NCBI GenBank assembly: GCA_963826715.1
Contig: CAWGYA010000008.1
Coordinates: forward strand, 384,001 to 448,000
Direction of reading: 5' to 3'
From: Candidatus Bathyarchaeota archaeon
GTDB lineage: Archaea; Thermoproteota; Bathyarchaeia; Bathyarchaeales; Bathycorpusculaceae
Length of the DNA: 64,000 nucleotides
The notes under the pieces are model-generated. The model was not told the origin of the DNA. It searched no databases and saw nothing but the letters and a program-made list of their open reading frames with translations. The position numbers were made by a program, and so were the translations under genes. This document shows positions 41,825 through 52,140 of the stretch, in pieces (position 1 is the stretch's first letter; every line of letters begins with the position of its first letter).

Positions 41825-42854
41825 ACGTTAGGCCCTCTGTGTACTTTGAATTGTACAGACGGTCTTTAAGGTCAACATCAAAGTGCTTCTCAATGGGGTC
41901 AAGCACCTGGGGATTGGCTTCGTAGACTTTACGTGCGTTCACCATAACAACCTTGAGACCAGCCTCTGTCATTCTTCCCAGCGGTTGCCTGCAAGGTCCG
42001 GACGGCATGCCCAAAACGCTCATAAGAGTTTTAACTGCAAGTGGATTTCGCGCCTTACACATGACGGGTCCATAGGGTGTTTGCTCTTGGGTCTTAACCG
42101 TGACTATATCAAAGAGTGGATTTAGCGCTTGGGCGATAATGTTTGCAGCTTCTTCGTTGCCATCTAAACAGTAATGCACCATGTCAGACATGGCCCTGGG
42201 GGCAATGTTGGAAACAACGGATATGACTCCGTTTGCCCGAATGTCAGGTGAAACCATCATAGTAAATGTTTTTTCATCGTCACCACTTAAGATATCAAAG
42301 TTTTCGCCACACAGGGCTCTGGTTAATTCCGCATTCTTGAGATCGCCAGTAGCTTCTTTGACACAACTAACGTTTGGGTATTGGTGATGTAGAACAGCAA
42401 GGTCTGGTGGTAATAGTTGAGTACCCGTTCGCCCAGGTATTATATAGGGTATGATTTGAATTTCTGGGAACTGACGTGCTATGGGCTCGACATATTCACG
42501 CCGAATCTCAAGCGAGCTAGGTCCGTTGTAGTACGGGTCTACAAGCAAAACCGCTTCGATGCCAGCATCATAGGCATGCGCAGTACCTTCAATGGCTTCC
42601 TGGGTTGAGTTACTTCCGGTGCCGGCTATAGTTATGAATCGTTTGCCTGAAGTTTCGTTAACCATTTCTATAACTTTGCTGTGTTCTTCCCAAGACAGCG
42701 TGGGGCTTTCGCCGGTTGTACCGACGGCTAAAAGACCTGCCACACCATTTTTTACTTGGAATTCCACCAGTTGTGATAGTCCGTCGTAATCGACTTGGCG
42801 ATCACTTTTCAATGGAGTAATTAAAGCTGTGTAACAACCGCTGAATGTTGTCAA
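41817..42854 (-). CDS. dapA: 4-hydroxy-tetrahydrodipicolinate synthase
   Basis: TALITP, GTTGES, PYYN, KEATG, SGDD. Confidence 0.95.
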   Translation of the reverse strand: MTTFSGCYTALITPLKSDRQVDYDGLSQLVEFQVKNGVAGLLAVGTTGESPTLSWEEHSKVIEMVNETSGKRFITIAGTGSNSTQEAIEGTAHAYDAGIEAVLLVDPYYNGPSSLEIRREYVEPIARQFPEIQIIPYIIPGRTGTQLLPPDLAVLHHQYPNVSCVKEATGDLKNAELTRALCGENFDILSGDDEKTFTMMVSPDIRANGVISVVSNIAPRAMSDMVHYCLDGNEEAANIIAQALNPLFDIVTVKTQEQTPYGPVMCKARNPLAVKTLMSVLGMPSGPCRQPLGRMTEAGLKVVMVNARKVYEANPQVLDPIEKHFDVDLKDRLYNSKYTEGLTYA

Positions 42855-43010
42855 TTTTTATTCCTTCTTTGAGTTGAGGAACTGATGAGAGATTAAATAT
42901 TTAAGGTTTACGTTTTACATATTTTTTTTACGAAAAACGGAAAAAATCCTCTTCAACATCAAAACAATCATCGTTAACATATTTTTTCCGCAAATAGAAA
43001 ACAGAAGCGT

Positions 43011-43310
43011 CTATGGCGAAACTGTGTAAGCCGTGAAAACACCATCATAACTCCCATAAATCTCCCGCAAATAATCAAGTGCAGCCTCAAGTGTAACCGC
43101 CGCAGGAATAACCTGCCGAAAATTATCCTCACGTATTACATCAAAAAGCTGTCCAGACTGGATCCCCACTATTTTTAGCTCCAGCATATACGGACCGCAT
43201 ACAAAAACTGCTAACGCTCCTTTCCGAGGACTACCTTTTCGGACATCTACAGTTTTTTTCCCCTGTTTTAGCCAACCGAAGGCTTCTTTCTTTGTCAAAA
43301 ACGTAGGCAA
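43011..43310 (-). CDS. ASCH/PUA-like domain protein
   Basis: GKKTVDVR motif; IP...LE.A...L..IY. Confidence 0.8.
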   Translation of the reverse strand: MPTFLTKKEAFGWLKQGKKTVDVRKGSPRKGALAVFVCGPYMLELKIVGIQSGQLFDVIREDNFRQVIPAAVTLEAALDYLREIYGSYDGVFTAYTVSP

Positions 43311-43421
43311 CTATAACACCAAAAAGTTCTGGTGTGATACTAGAAGATAAGTATTCAGTAAGAAAACGAATAAGAAAAAATGAAAAAATAATGTTGGAAA
43401 CTAAGAAGAAACGGCTAGTTT

Positions 43422-43619
43422 TTACCCTTTGCCTTTCTCTTCTTTACCGAAGTACTGAGTCCACTTTAGCTTGCGTGCGTCACGTTTGAATAACAGACTG
43501 CTCTTCTTGCATTTACTAGAATCAAACCATAGGATTGAGCCGTCGCTTTTAACGTACATCATGCCTGTGCCAGCTGGGAAATCAGCACCACAGAACGAAC
43601 ATTTTCTCGGTTTTGGCAT
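43422..43619 (-). CDS. rpl24e: Ribosomal protein eL24
   Basis: CSFCG...GTG.MYV..DG, ARKLKWT. Confidence 0.96.
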   Translation of the reverse strand: MPKPRKCSFCGADFPAGTGMMYVKSDGSILWFDSSKCKKSSLLFKRDARKLKWTQYFGKEEKGKG

Positions 43620-43635
43620 GACAAATTCTCCTTGT

Positions 43636-43854
43636 TTATCTGGTAAGTTTCTTTGCTTCGCGCTCTGTTTCTCTCAGCATCAAAATATCTTGAACACGGA
43701 CAGGTCCTTTAACGTTGCGTGTAATGATTCTACCTTTATCTTTGCCTTCCATGATACGTACGCGGACCTGTGTGATTTCGCCCGTTACACCTGTGCGACC
43801 GATGATCTGTATGACTTCAGAGGGAATCTGATCCTGGGCGATTTCTTTACTCAT
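43636..43854 (-). CDS. rps28e: Ribosomal protein eS28
   Basis: [24 protein letters not shown]. Confidence 0.97.
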   Translation of the reverse strand: MSKEIAQDQIPSEVIQIIGRTGVTGEITQVRVRIMEGKDKGRIITRNVKGPVRVQDILMLRETEREAKKLTR

Positions 43855-44234
43855 TACTGAGTTCCTCGTTTAACCTGGTCAATACGTGTTACAATTTCTT
43901 TGATTAAACCAGCCGCTTCGCCTTCTCTCAGTATACATGCTGCTGCGCAGGGAACTTCAATGCCAATTGATTTGCCGAGTTGCTCTTTGCTTGGAACGAA
44001 TACATATGGGATTTTGCGTTCGTCACAGAGTAGTGGGAGGTGCGCGATGACTTCTGGGGGGTCAACGTCTTCAGCTATAACGATGAGTTTTGCTTGGCTG
44101 CGTTCAACAGCTTTTGTGGCTTCGTTGGTTCCTTTCCTAACTGATCCTGATTTTGAAGCAATCGTTAGGGCTTCATAGGCTGCATCTACGAGTTCTTTTG
44201 GGACTTCATATTTTACATAAAATGGTTTAGACAT
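43854..44234 (-). CDS. rpl7ae: Ribosomal/sRNP protein L7Ae
   Basis: [21 protein letters not shown]; ATG at 44234 after GGTGAGG. Confidence 0.97.
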   Translation of the reverse strand: MSKPFYVKYEVPKELVDAAYEALTIASKSGSVRKGTNEATKAVERSQAKLIVIAEDVDPPEVIAHLPLLCDERKIPYVFVPSKEQLGKSIGIEVPCAAACILREGEAAGLIKEIVTRIDQVKRGTQ

Positions 44235-44391
44235 ATTTCTTAGCCTCACCCTTTTAAGGCACAGTCTTATCCACAGTTCCCATTTAATAAGCTTTCGACT
44301 ACAAAAAGCCAGACTTGCACTTACTATATATATGGATTCCAGAAAGCTTTAAATTCATAGATACGGTCACGTATATGTTTCGAGAGGGGAA

Positions 44392-44661
44392 TTGCGTTTG
44401 CAAAGATTGGGCAGGATAACAAATGTATCTCCTTCAGGAAACGCTATAGTTAAAGCAGAAAATCCCCCGAAAATCGGCTCCGAAGTTGTCGATGAGAACT
44501 TAGTTGTTGTTGGTAAAGTTTTTGACATAATTGGCCCAGTCTCAGCACCTTATGCAGTGATTAAGCCTACCGTTAAAGAACCCGCCAAACTGGTCAGTAA
44601 ACCAGTATACTTGCTTCTCTCGAAAACTAAACGGAGCAAAAGAGAGAATGATCAGAGATAG
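44392..44661 (+). CDS. gar1: Gar1/Naf1 H/ACA RNP protein
   Basis: P.IG..V.D....VG.V.DIIGPV..PY; conserved position upstream of tfb. Confidence 0.9.
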   Translation: MRLQRLGRITNVSPSGNAIVKAENPPKIGSEVVDENLVVVGKVFDIIGPVSAPYAVIKPTVKEPAKLVSKPVYLLLSKTKRSKRENDQR

Positions 44662-45622
44662 CAAGTTACATGAACCAATAGGTCAAAACGAAACCGCATC
44701 CAAGACGGAGCCCTACAAAGCTAGATCCTGTCCTGAATGCGGAAGTGTCCGCCTCATGCATGATTCTGAAGTCGCCGAAATAGTGTGTATGGACTGCGGC
44801 GTCGTGGTGCAACAAAAGCTTACAGATCGTGGTCCGGAATGGCGAGCATTCGACAACGAGCAGCGTTCTAAACGGACTCGAGTTGGCGCCCCCTTAACCT
44901 ATACCATACATGATAAAGGTTTATCCACAACCATAGACTGGCATGATCGCGACGTCTATGGCAAAAGCCTTTCTCCAGGGCAAAAAGCCCAGGTTTACCG
45001 CCTCAGAAAGTGGCAGCGGCGAATACGGGTTTCAGACGCAACTGAACGAAATTTGGCTTTCGCACTCTCAGAAATCAGCAAGATGTCCAATAACCTCAAT
45101 TTACCTAAAAACATCTTGGAAACTGCTTCAGTAATTTATCGAAAAGCAGTCAAGGAGAAGCTTATCCGCGGCAGGTCCATTCAGGGTGTCACATCAGCAG
45201 CCCTTTACTTAGCCTGTAGACAATGTGGATTACCCCGCACTCTCGATGAAATCTCGCAGGCATCAGCGGCTAGTAAGAAAGAGGTGGGACGAAGCTACCG
45301 CTTTTTAATCCGCGAACTCAACTATGCCATCCCGCCGCTTCGACCCAGCCAATACATAACCAAGTTTTCCAACCAGTTGACTATGCAGGGAAAAGTTGAG
45401 GAAATCGCGCATAAAATTTTAGCGGCAGCCAAAGAGCTCAAATTAACCTCAGGTAGGGGACCCACCGGAATCGCAGCCGCTGCAAGTTATGTGGCATCGG
45501 TATTAACTGGCGAACGAAAGACTCAAAGGGAAATCGCGGAGATAGCTCAGGTTACCGAGGTAACAATTCGTAACCGCTACAAGGAACTTGCTGAATGCTT
45601 AATGTTACAGATAAGCATTTAA
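44648..45622 (+). CDS. tfb: Transcription initiation factor TFB
   Basis: CPEC..CMDC Zn ribbon, [33 protein letters not shown]. Confidence 0.97.
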   Translation: MIRDSKLHEPIGQNETASKTEPYKARSCPECGSVRLMHDSEVAEIVCMDCGVVVQQKLTDRGPEWRAFDNEQRSKRTRVGAPLTYTIHDKGLSTTIDWHDRDVYGKSLSPGQKAQVYRLRKWQRRIRVSDATERNLAFALSEISKMSNNLNLPKNILETASVIYRKAVKEKLIRGRSIQGVTSAALYLACRQCGLPRTLDEISQASAASKKEVGRSYRFLIRELNYAIPPLRPSQYITKFSNQLTMQGKVEEIAHKILAAAKELKLTSGRGPTGIAAAASYVASVLTGERKTQREIAEIAQVTEVTIRNRYKELAECLMLQISI

Positions 45623-45653
45623 GCTCATTTCTATTTTCAAGCAGGATTCGCTG

Positions 45654-45944
45654 ATGGATAAATCAAAGGCTAAATCTGATGATGTTTCGAAAATTAAAGA
45701 AACTGTTACAAAACTCAGGCAAATCCAAGCTGATTTAAGGCAGATTATAGCGAATCTGCAGCAGAATATTGAACAACTTGATTCTGAGCCAACGTTACAA
45801 AGAGGCATAAAAGATTTTAAGCGGGATTTTGAGGAACGTGCCTTGACCCTTGAAGTTGAAGTAAAAAAGCTACGGGAAGAACTCAAATCAGTCAAAGATC
45901 TTTTAGGTTTTAGCCTGGAAAATACAAAGTCAGCCAATTCTTAA
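45654..45944 (+). CDS. Coiled-coil hypothetical protein
   Basis: Heptad-rich ORF directly downstream of tfb. Confidence 0.65.
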   Translation: MDKSKAKSDDVSKIKETVTKLRQIQADLRQIIANLQQNIEQLDSEPTLQRGIKDFKRDFEERALTLEVEVKKLREELKSVKDLLGFSLENTKSANS

Positions 45945-45992
45945 GTATTTCACAGGTATTTTTTTAAGTCTCATAGTTCTTTATGCTAATCT

Positions 45993-46607
45993 ATGCCCTA
46001 TAAATTCACTTTTGACTTGTCCACTGTTCCTAGATTTTTCTTCACGGAATTAACTTTGCTTAGCTACCAAAAGGGCATGCATAAAACCTTCCTAAAAACT
46101 GCTAATGACCTCATCGTAAAATTCCGTATTCAAGAGGCGACAGGACTTAACCTCTCTGAAGCGGTGGTTTTACTACAGGACCTCCTGGATTTACAAGCAA
46201 TAAACATTATGGAACGGGACAAGTTTGTTGAAACAAAGCGGAGAGCACTTTTTCTACCACATTGTTCCAGAAAATACATGGATAGTCGTTGCAAAGCAAA
46301 CTTTGACGCAGGCATTCCATCTTATACCTGCTCACATTGCTCAGAAGACTGTTTAGTTAATAATGCTGACCAATATGCCCGAAGCAAAGGTTATGACGTT
46401 TATCTTTTGCCCGGCGGTTCCTGTATCCCTAAGATTCTCAAAAACAACCGTTACGAGGGCATTGTTGGTGTTGCATGCGGAGAGGAAATGAAGATGATGA
46501 GCCACTTGCTAGAAAATATGAACATGCCGGGGCAAGGGATTCCGTTAATTAAAAACGGTTGTGCAAATACCATTTTCACTATGGAGACTCTCAAAAAAGT
46601 CCTTTAA
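45993..46607 (+). CDS. DUF116 family protein
   Basis: LFLPHC, C..C...C, PGGS, GVAC, GC motifs. Confidence 0.88.
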   Translation: MPYKFTFDLSTVPRFFFTELTLLSYQKGMHKTFLKTANDLIVKFRIQEATGLNLSEAVVLLQDLLDLQAINIMERDKFVETKRRALFLPHCSRKYMDSRCKANFDAGIPSYTCSHCSEDCLVNNADQYARSKGYDVYLLPGGSCIPKILKNNRYEGIVGVACGEEMKMMSHLLENMNMPGQGIPLIKNGCANTIFTMETLKKVL

Positions 46608-46812
46608 AATAATCAGTCAATTGAAAACAGGTCAATAAAGAATATAATCAATTAATATCACTAATATTTTCTTAAAATTTAAGAAATAAAGGGTAGAAAA
46701 TATCAATGATAATTAAAGGGAACAATCGATCCAATTTTGCTATAAAGACAACATCTGACACTTTATGTGGTTTAGCGTAAGACTTTAATTGTGAGTCAAC
46801 TCCAAAGTAATT

Positions 46813-47634
46813 ATGCACTACAGCAGGTTCACAGTTTTAATTTTTTTGTTTGCTTTTATAGTTTCAAGCCTGCTGGTAATAGCACCTACGGAGAGTTTAA
46901 GTGCCCAACCCCCTGCGCCTACGTTCTCAATTAATATCCTAAAAATTAGCTACAATATTACTTTAATCAACAGTACCAACTCTAACGGGGATTATTCAAT
47001 AACATTTTACAATCAAGCGGACCTGGAAATTTTATTTAGCACTTCATCCGCCGCTGAATACGCTAATAATGGTTACAGCCTTTTTTACGATCTACGCTAC
47101 AAAAATCACTTGGAGCCAGAATGGCTTACTGGGTGGCATAGCGCCTTCGATGAGAATAACTATCCCAAACAGGGAGGGTCTGTTAGAGCAACCACAGCAA
47201 ACTGTTCTATAACTTATTCTTCTAAAGAACTCAACTTAGACTTTCAAGCGCGTATCATAACAGCTCGACCATTCACGCAGTGGCATTATGAAAGAATTGA
47301 TAATAAATGGGTCCGGGTTAACCAAACTGTTTTGCGAACGGTTGGAACAAGTGATTGGAGTAACGCTCAAACCATAACAGGTTTAAACGGATTTCTGCCA
47401 GTAACGCCTGCACCTTCGAATCAGCCGATTCCAATCCCCTCTTCCACCTCACCCACTCCTTCTGTCACGGTAGTTGATTTGGGAGGGAACCAAGACTTAT
47501 TTGGATGGATACAAGTCATAATTCCCTTTTTGGTTGGCATTTCGGGTTTTTTTATACTACTTGGAGGTCTTTATAAATGGCGAAAGGGCATACCCAAAAC
47601 TCGGGTTTACAACTTCCCGCAAGCACCCCCTTAG
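46813..47634 (+). CDS. Secreted, C-terminally anchored surface protein
   Basis: Signal peptide, SDWS..QTI motif, Pro/Ser/Thr linker and C-terminal TM helix. Confidence 0.8.
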   Translation: MHYSRFTVLIFLFAFIVSSLLVIAPTESLSAQPPAPTFSINILKISYNITLINSTNSNGDYSITFYNQADLEILFSTSSAAEYANNGYSLFYDLRYKNHLEPEWLTGWHSAFDENNYPKQGGSVRATTANCSITYSSKELNLDFQARIITARPFTQWHYERIDNKWVRVNQTVLRTVGTSDWSNAQTITGLNGFLPVTPAPSNQPIPIPSSTSPTPSVTVVDLGGNQDLFGWIQVIIPFLVGISGFFILLGGLYKWRKGIPKTRVYNFPQAPP

Positions 47635-47692
47635 CAAAGAATCTAAAGAGTTATATGCGCGCAAAACCAACTTTTCTATAGTGACATTTTCC

Positions 47693-47977
47693 ATGCAGTA
47701 TTCAAAGGTTTCTGGAAAGAAAAACGACCATAAAGTTACCCTCTACACATTGAGCACCTGTGTTTGGTGTAAACTAACTAAGCAGTTCCTCAGCGACAAT
47801 AGCGTCGCCTACGAATTTGTCGATGTTGATTTACTTGGCGCAGATGATAAAAACAAAGTGCATGAAATCATCCAAAACAAAGGAGGTTCTCTCAGCTACC
47901 CAACCGCAATCATCGACGATAAAACCGTCATAACTGGATTCCGTAAAGATCAATTGAAGGAGGCATTGGGTTTTTGA
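47693..47977 (+). CDS. Glutaredoxin/NrdH-like protein
   Basis: LSTCVWC, SYPT, GF; ATG at 47693. Confidence 0.9.
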   Translation: MQYSKVSGKKNDHKVTLYTLSTCVWCKLTKQFLSDNSVAYEFVDVDLLGADDKNKVHEIIQNKGGSLSYPTAIIDDKTVITGFRKDQLKEALGF

Positions 47978-48519
47978 CCACAATTACCTTGGAACAGGTT
48001 CGAGCCAGAGCAGAAGCCGATGCTAAAACATATGGATACTACCTGACTCCACAACCTGAACTTCTACAGATGTTTTTAGAAGGCTTAAAAACTAACGAGG
48101 AACGCTATGGCTACCCATCCTGCCCTTGCCGACTAGCCACAGGTAACCTTGAAATTGACCGCGATATCATATGCCCATGCGATTACCGCGACCCAGACGT
48201 AGCCGAATATGGTTCTTGTTATTGTCGCCTTTATGTTAACAAAGCAGTATATGAAAGCAAAAACCTTCCTGATGTACCTGAACGGCGTCCCGCAGAGAAA
48301 CAGGGAAAGGCTTACAGCACACCACAGCAAACATCTCAAGAGAAAAAAGAAAAAATCGAACTTACGCCACCACCATCAGAGAATAAAAAGAAATTATGGT
48401 ATTGCAAACAATGCGGATACGTGATTTACCGTGAAGACCCCCCGTATGTTTGCCCAATATGCAAGGCAAAGAGGGAAATGTTTGCTGATATCAAAGCTGA
48501 ATTAAGGTTTAATGGATAA
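47974..48519 (+). CDS. Ferredoxin:thioredoxin reductase catalytic domain fused to rubredoxin (FDR-like)
   Basis: CPCR, CPC, CYC, plus C-terminal CKQCG...CPIC. Confidence 0.92.
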   Translation: MTTITLEQVRARAEADAKTYGYYLTPQPELLQMFLEGLKTNEERYGYPSCPCRLATGNLEIDRDIICPCDYRDPDVAEYGSCYCRLYVNKAVYESKNLPDVPERRPAEKQGKAYSTPQQTSQEKKEKIELTPPPSENKKKLWYCKQCGYVIYREDPPYVCPICKAKREMFADIKAELRFNG

Positions 48520-48520
48520 G

Positions 48521-48670
48521 CTAACGTTGAATCTGGATTTCGATTTTCCCCCAGCTTTCATCTATTCCATGTAATTTAGTGACTGCTCCAACAATGCTAC
48601 CACTTAAGATACTCTCCACAAACTCGTTTAAAGGAATCTCATTGCCATCAACTTTGAGTTTCACACCCAT
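48521..48670 (-). CDS. 49-aa small protein (MobB C-terminal-like)
   Basis: MGVKLKVDGNEIPLNEFVESILSGSIVGAVTKLHGIDESWGKIEIQIQR; below the ORF track cutoff. Confidence 0.75.
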   Translation of the reverse strand: MGVKLKVDGNEIPLNEFVESILSGSIVGAVTKLHGIDESWGKIEIQIQR

Positions 48671-49185
48671 AACATTTCACTAATGGGTAATGAAGACTAC
48701 GAAAGCAAAAAAACTTGTCCCTTTTCAAAGTTTTACTAATGGAGAAAAGGATTAGTGACTCGTAGAAAAACAAAAAATGACATATTCGGCAAAAGACTTA
48801 CTTCCATAATAATTACCTAAAATAGATGTTTGTAGAAAAGGGAGGAGCTAACACAGTTAAGAGTGTAGCAATAGCCCCGACCTGTGATTTTAAATGTTAT
48901 CTCCGACGTGCATTTTTCTTACCACCAAGGGTATATTGGGCATGAGATGTTTTTGATTGGCACCAATTTTTTCCCGGGTTGATTTCGTGGTTAATACGTC
49001 GTTGATTATACGAGGCGGCATTGTTAACGCAATTAAAAATGAACCAACGTATATCGTAAGAATCACTCTTTACAACTTTAGTTACTAAGCTACCATAATC
49101 CAATCAACCAAAAAATATTTAATAAATGTCAAAAAAATTAAAAAAAATAAACACATAGAAGGTAGTCAAGAATATATCTAGATGG

Positions 49186-49749
49186 TCATAATTTACCATT
49201 TGGCTTGAGGGTAACTCGCAGTTTGGTAACGTTTTCTTTAATTTCTACCTTAACCCCCATTGCCGCAAAGTATTCCTCAAGGAAAATGCGTATAAATTCC
49301 TTGGAAACCTCCGATACGAGCACCAATGTATAATCGTTTGGAGCATTTTTTATTAAGCGATAAAAGTTACAGGCTTCCAAACGAGTTAACATATCCTCAG
49401 TGGAGTGAACTTTTGTTTTTAGTTGCGCCCAATGTGCACGTGCAACTTCCCGGTGTTCCTTCCAAAACTGATCACTTTCGGTTGAGGATGCGATGAGTCG
49501 AAGAAACATTAGCCAGTGATCCACATCAAGGATTATGTGTTCGCCGCTCAGGAGCATGTCTTGGTAAAGGCGAGTTTTTACCTTGATCTGCGGATCTTCA
49601 AGAGCTTTATTTTCGCCATAAAATTTTATTGCCCGGCGCATGATTTCGCTTTGAGAAGCTTGCGCTTCTGTACTGATTTTTTCCAGCAAGTTAGCTGTGG
49701 GCTTGTCGAACGCTACAGTTATTCTTGTGGGGTTTGTCACGGCGTTCAC
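49186..49749 (-). CDS. CopG/RHH transcriptional regulator with C-terminal domain
   Basis: RITVAFD...SQSEIMRRAI ribbon-helix-helix pattern. Confidence 0.85.
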   Translation of the reverse strand: MNAVTNPTRITVAFDKPTANLLEKISTEAQASQSEIMRRAIKFYGENKALEDPQIKVKTRLYQDMLLSGEHIILDVDHWLMFLRLIASSTESDQFWKEHREVARAHWAQLKTKVHSTEDMLTRLEACNFYRLIKNAPNDYTLVLVSEVSKEFIRIFLEEYFAAMGVKVEIKENVTKLRVTLKPNGKL

Positions 49750-49951
49750 TCAACCATATTTGACAAATATGCAATTTATATGAAATTATATAAACATTAC
49801 CTTATAATTTTCAAATATTTTTTTACATCCATAAACCACAACCAAACAATAGTAAACATGTGTTAACCAAAAATTTCAGGAGGAATTCAAAACTCTTTTA
49901 TCTAATCAATAGCTAATTTATTTCACCCAAAACCTACGCGGAGCCCCAACT

Positions 49952-50611
49952 GTGAAAACACCTGAAATATACCTAGATCCTAAACCTCGAGCCAACCAAA
50001 TAATTGAACTACTCGAAAAACAGTATCCCAATGCCAAAACCGCTCTAAATTACAGCAATCCACTCGAATTACTGTTGGCCACCATGCTATCTGCGCAGAC
50101 AACTGATATTCGCGTAAATATAGTCACCAAGAACCTTTTTAGGAAGTATCCAAATGCACAAGCCTACGCCAACACACCCACCAAAGAAATTGAGCAAGAT
50201 ATCCGCTCCACTGGTTTCTATCACAATAAAGCCAAAAACCTAAAAGGGGCTTGCCAAATCCTAGTCGATAAGTATGGGGGACAAGTACCAAAATCAATGA
50301 CGGAATTGTTGGAACTCCCAGGAGTGGCCAGAAAAACTGCAAACATTGTCCTCTATAACGCGTTCGGTATAACTGCGGGGATCGCGGTAGATACACATGT
50401 AAAACGGCTAGCTCAGCGGCTCGGTCTAACTCACCAAAATGACCAGGACAGAATAGAGCGAGACCTCATGGATATTGTGCCGAAAGAGAAGTGGATGCCA
50501 TTCACCGACCTCTTGATTTTCCATGGGCGTCAAGTTTGTATAGCAAAGAAACCTAAATGTCAAGCTTGCGTTTTAAACAAAATCTGCCCATCAGCCTTTA
50601 CCTTCGGATAG
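49952..50611 (+). CDS. nth: Endonuclease III
   Basis: LSAQTTD, HhH LPGVARKTAN, VDTHV, C-x6-C-x2-C-x5-C. Confidence 0.97.
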   Translation: MKTPEIYLDPKPRANQIIELLEKQYPNAKTALNYSNPLELLLATMLSAQTTDIRVNIVTKNLFRKYPNAQAYANTPTKEIEQDIRSTGFYHNKAKNLKGACQILVDKYGGQVPKSMTELLELPGVARKTANIVLYNAFGITAGIAVDTHVKRLAQRLGLTHQNDQDRIERDLMDIVPKEKWMPFTDLLIFHGRQVCIAKKPKCQACVLNKICPSAFTFG

Positions 50612-50669
50612 AAATAAGCAGCATCCATTTATAGAGCCAGAGACTTTTCTTTTTTGAGGATTGTTCTCG

Positions 50670-51146
50670 ATGGTTAATGTTAAAGTTGGAGAGAAAGCTC
50701 CCGATTTCACCTTGCCAGATGTAGATATGAAATCTAGGAGCTTGAAAGAGTTCCTTGGGCAAAAAGTGGTTTTAGCTTTTTTCGTAAGTGCCTTCACCTC
50801 TACGTGCACAATGGAAGTTTGTTCCTTCCGCGACGCTATGGCACGCTTAACCGATTTAGAAGCTCAAGTTATCGGCATCAGCGTTAATGACCCCTTCTCA
50901 AACAAAGAATTCTCCCAAAAAAACCTACTGCCCTACCCAATTCTAAGTGACTACAATCGCGAAGTCATAAAATGTTATGGTTTAGAAATGCCTAATTTTG
51001 CCGGATTAGAAGGTTACGTGGTCGCAAAACGCTCTGTATTAATCCTAGACAAGAACGGCATTATACGCTACGTATGGGTATCGGACGATCCAACAGTTGA
51101 ACCAGACTACAGCATTATCGAAGAGGTCCTAGCCAAAATCACCTAA
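50670..51146 (+). CDS. Peroxiredoxin (BCP/AhpE-like)
   Basis: [27 protein letters not shown]. Confidence 0.9.
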   Translation: MVNVKVGEKAPDFTLPDVDMKSRSLKEFLGQKVVLAFFVSAFTSTCTMEVCSFRDAMARLTDLEAQVIGISVNDPFSNKEFSQKNLLPYPILSDYNREVIKCYGLEMPNFAGLEGYVVAKRSVLILDKNGIIRYVWVSDDPTVEPDYSIIEEVLAKIT

Positions 51147-51739
51147 ACCCTCTTTTTCATAAGCACTGTATAAAAATACCGAGTAACGCCATCGCCTTCT
51201 AAAGAAGGATAGTGGTGGAATTCCTCGAGTCTAAAATGTCCACTGAAAAGGTCAATTAGCTGCATTCGTGTGAAGTGGTTCCAACCTGCACCATTCTGAT
51301 CGCTAAAGCAGGTCAGCAAGAATACACCACTTGAATTGAGAACTCGGTGCACACCAGAAATGAATTTTCCACGATCTGGGATAGAGACATGATGGAAACA
51401 TCCCATGTCAAAAACTAAATCAAACATGTCACTTCTGAAAGGAAAATCGATAAAACTTGCAAGCACAAATCTGATTTTTAAGGTTGTGGCTTGTTCGTTA
51501 CTTTTTGCGAATTCTATTGCTGTTTTAGAAATGTCCAAAGCTATTGTAAGGTTGCTGTTTTTTGCAAGATAAAATGTGTTGGTTCCTGCACCGCAGCAGA
51601 GGTCTAGAGTTTTGCCCTTGGGTAAAAGGTGTTTTTGCGTATACTGTAAAAGTATTGGGCGGGGTTTGCCAAGTTCCCAGCCTAACTCTTTGAGCGGATA
51701 ACTGCGATAGTACTTATCCCAAACGCCGTATTCAGACAT
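51143..51739 (-). CDS. Class I SAM-dependent methyltransferase
   Basis: [19 protein letters not shown]. Confidence 0.9.
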   Translation of the reverse strand: MSEYGVWDKYYRSYPLKELGWELGKPRPILLQYTQKHLLPKGKTLDLCCGAGTNTFYLAKNSNLTIALDISKTAIEFAKSNEQATTLKIRFVLASFIDFPFRSDMFDLVFDMGCFHHVSIPDRGKFISGVHRVLNSSGVFLLTCFSDQNGAGWNHFTRMQLIDLFSGHFRLEEFHHYPSLEGDGVTRYFYTVLMKKRV

Positions 51740-51895
51740 AACAATACCACTAAACTGAGCTAATCTTTAAGTTTTAACTTATTCTAAATGTAAACGTTTC
51801 AACATTTTTTAGCTGGTAAAAAAATTTAAGAGATGTTTGACTAATAAAAGGGAAGCTCTCTCGTGGCAGAGAGAATCATTTTTTGCCAGAAGGGT

Positions 51896-52075
51896 TTACT
51901 CGATTACCTGAATGGCACCTTCAGGACATTGTGATTCACATGCTCTACACACCAAGCATTCGCTTTCTTTGGTGGGTACAGACTTGCCGTCTTTCATTTC
52001 ATAGACGCCAACAGGGCATGTGTTGACACAAGTTTCGCATCCAGTGCATTTGGCATCGACAACAATTTTTACCAT
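51896..52075 (-). CDS. 2[4Fe-4S] ferredoxin
   Basis: Two CxxCxxCxxxCP motifs; ATG after GAGG. Confidence 0.95.
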   Translation of the reverse strand: MVKIVVDAKCTGCETCVNTCPVGVYEMKDGKSVPTKESECLVCRACESQCPEGAIQVIE

Positions 52076-52140
52076 TTTTGTCAACCTCTTGGAATATTTC
52101 CATGAAAAGCTGTTGTGTAAAATAAAAGGGTTTAGGTGAA

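Noticed and set aside
48700-49185. Short ORFs including 48897-49103
   Set aside because: No recognisable motifs and competing frames; possibly a decayed gene but unsupported.
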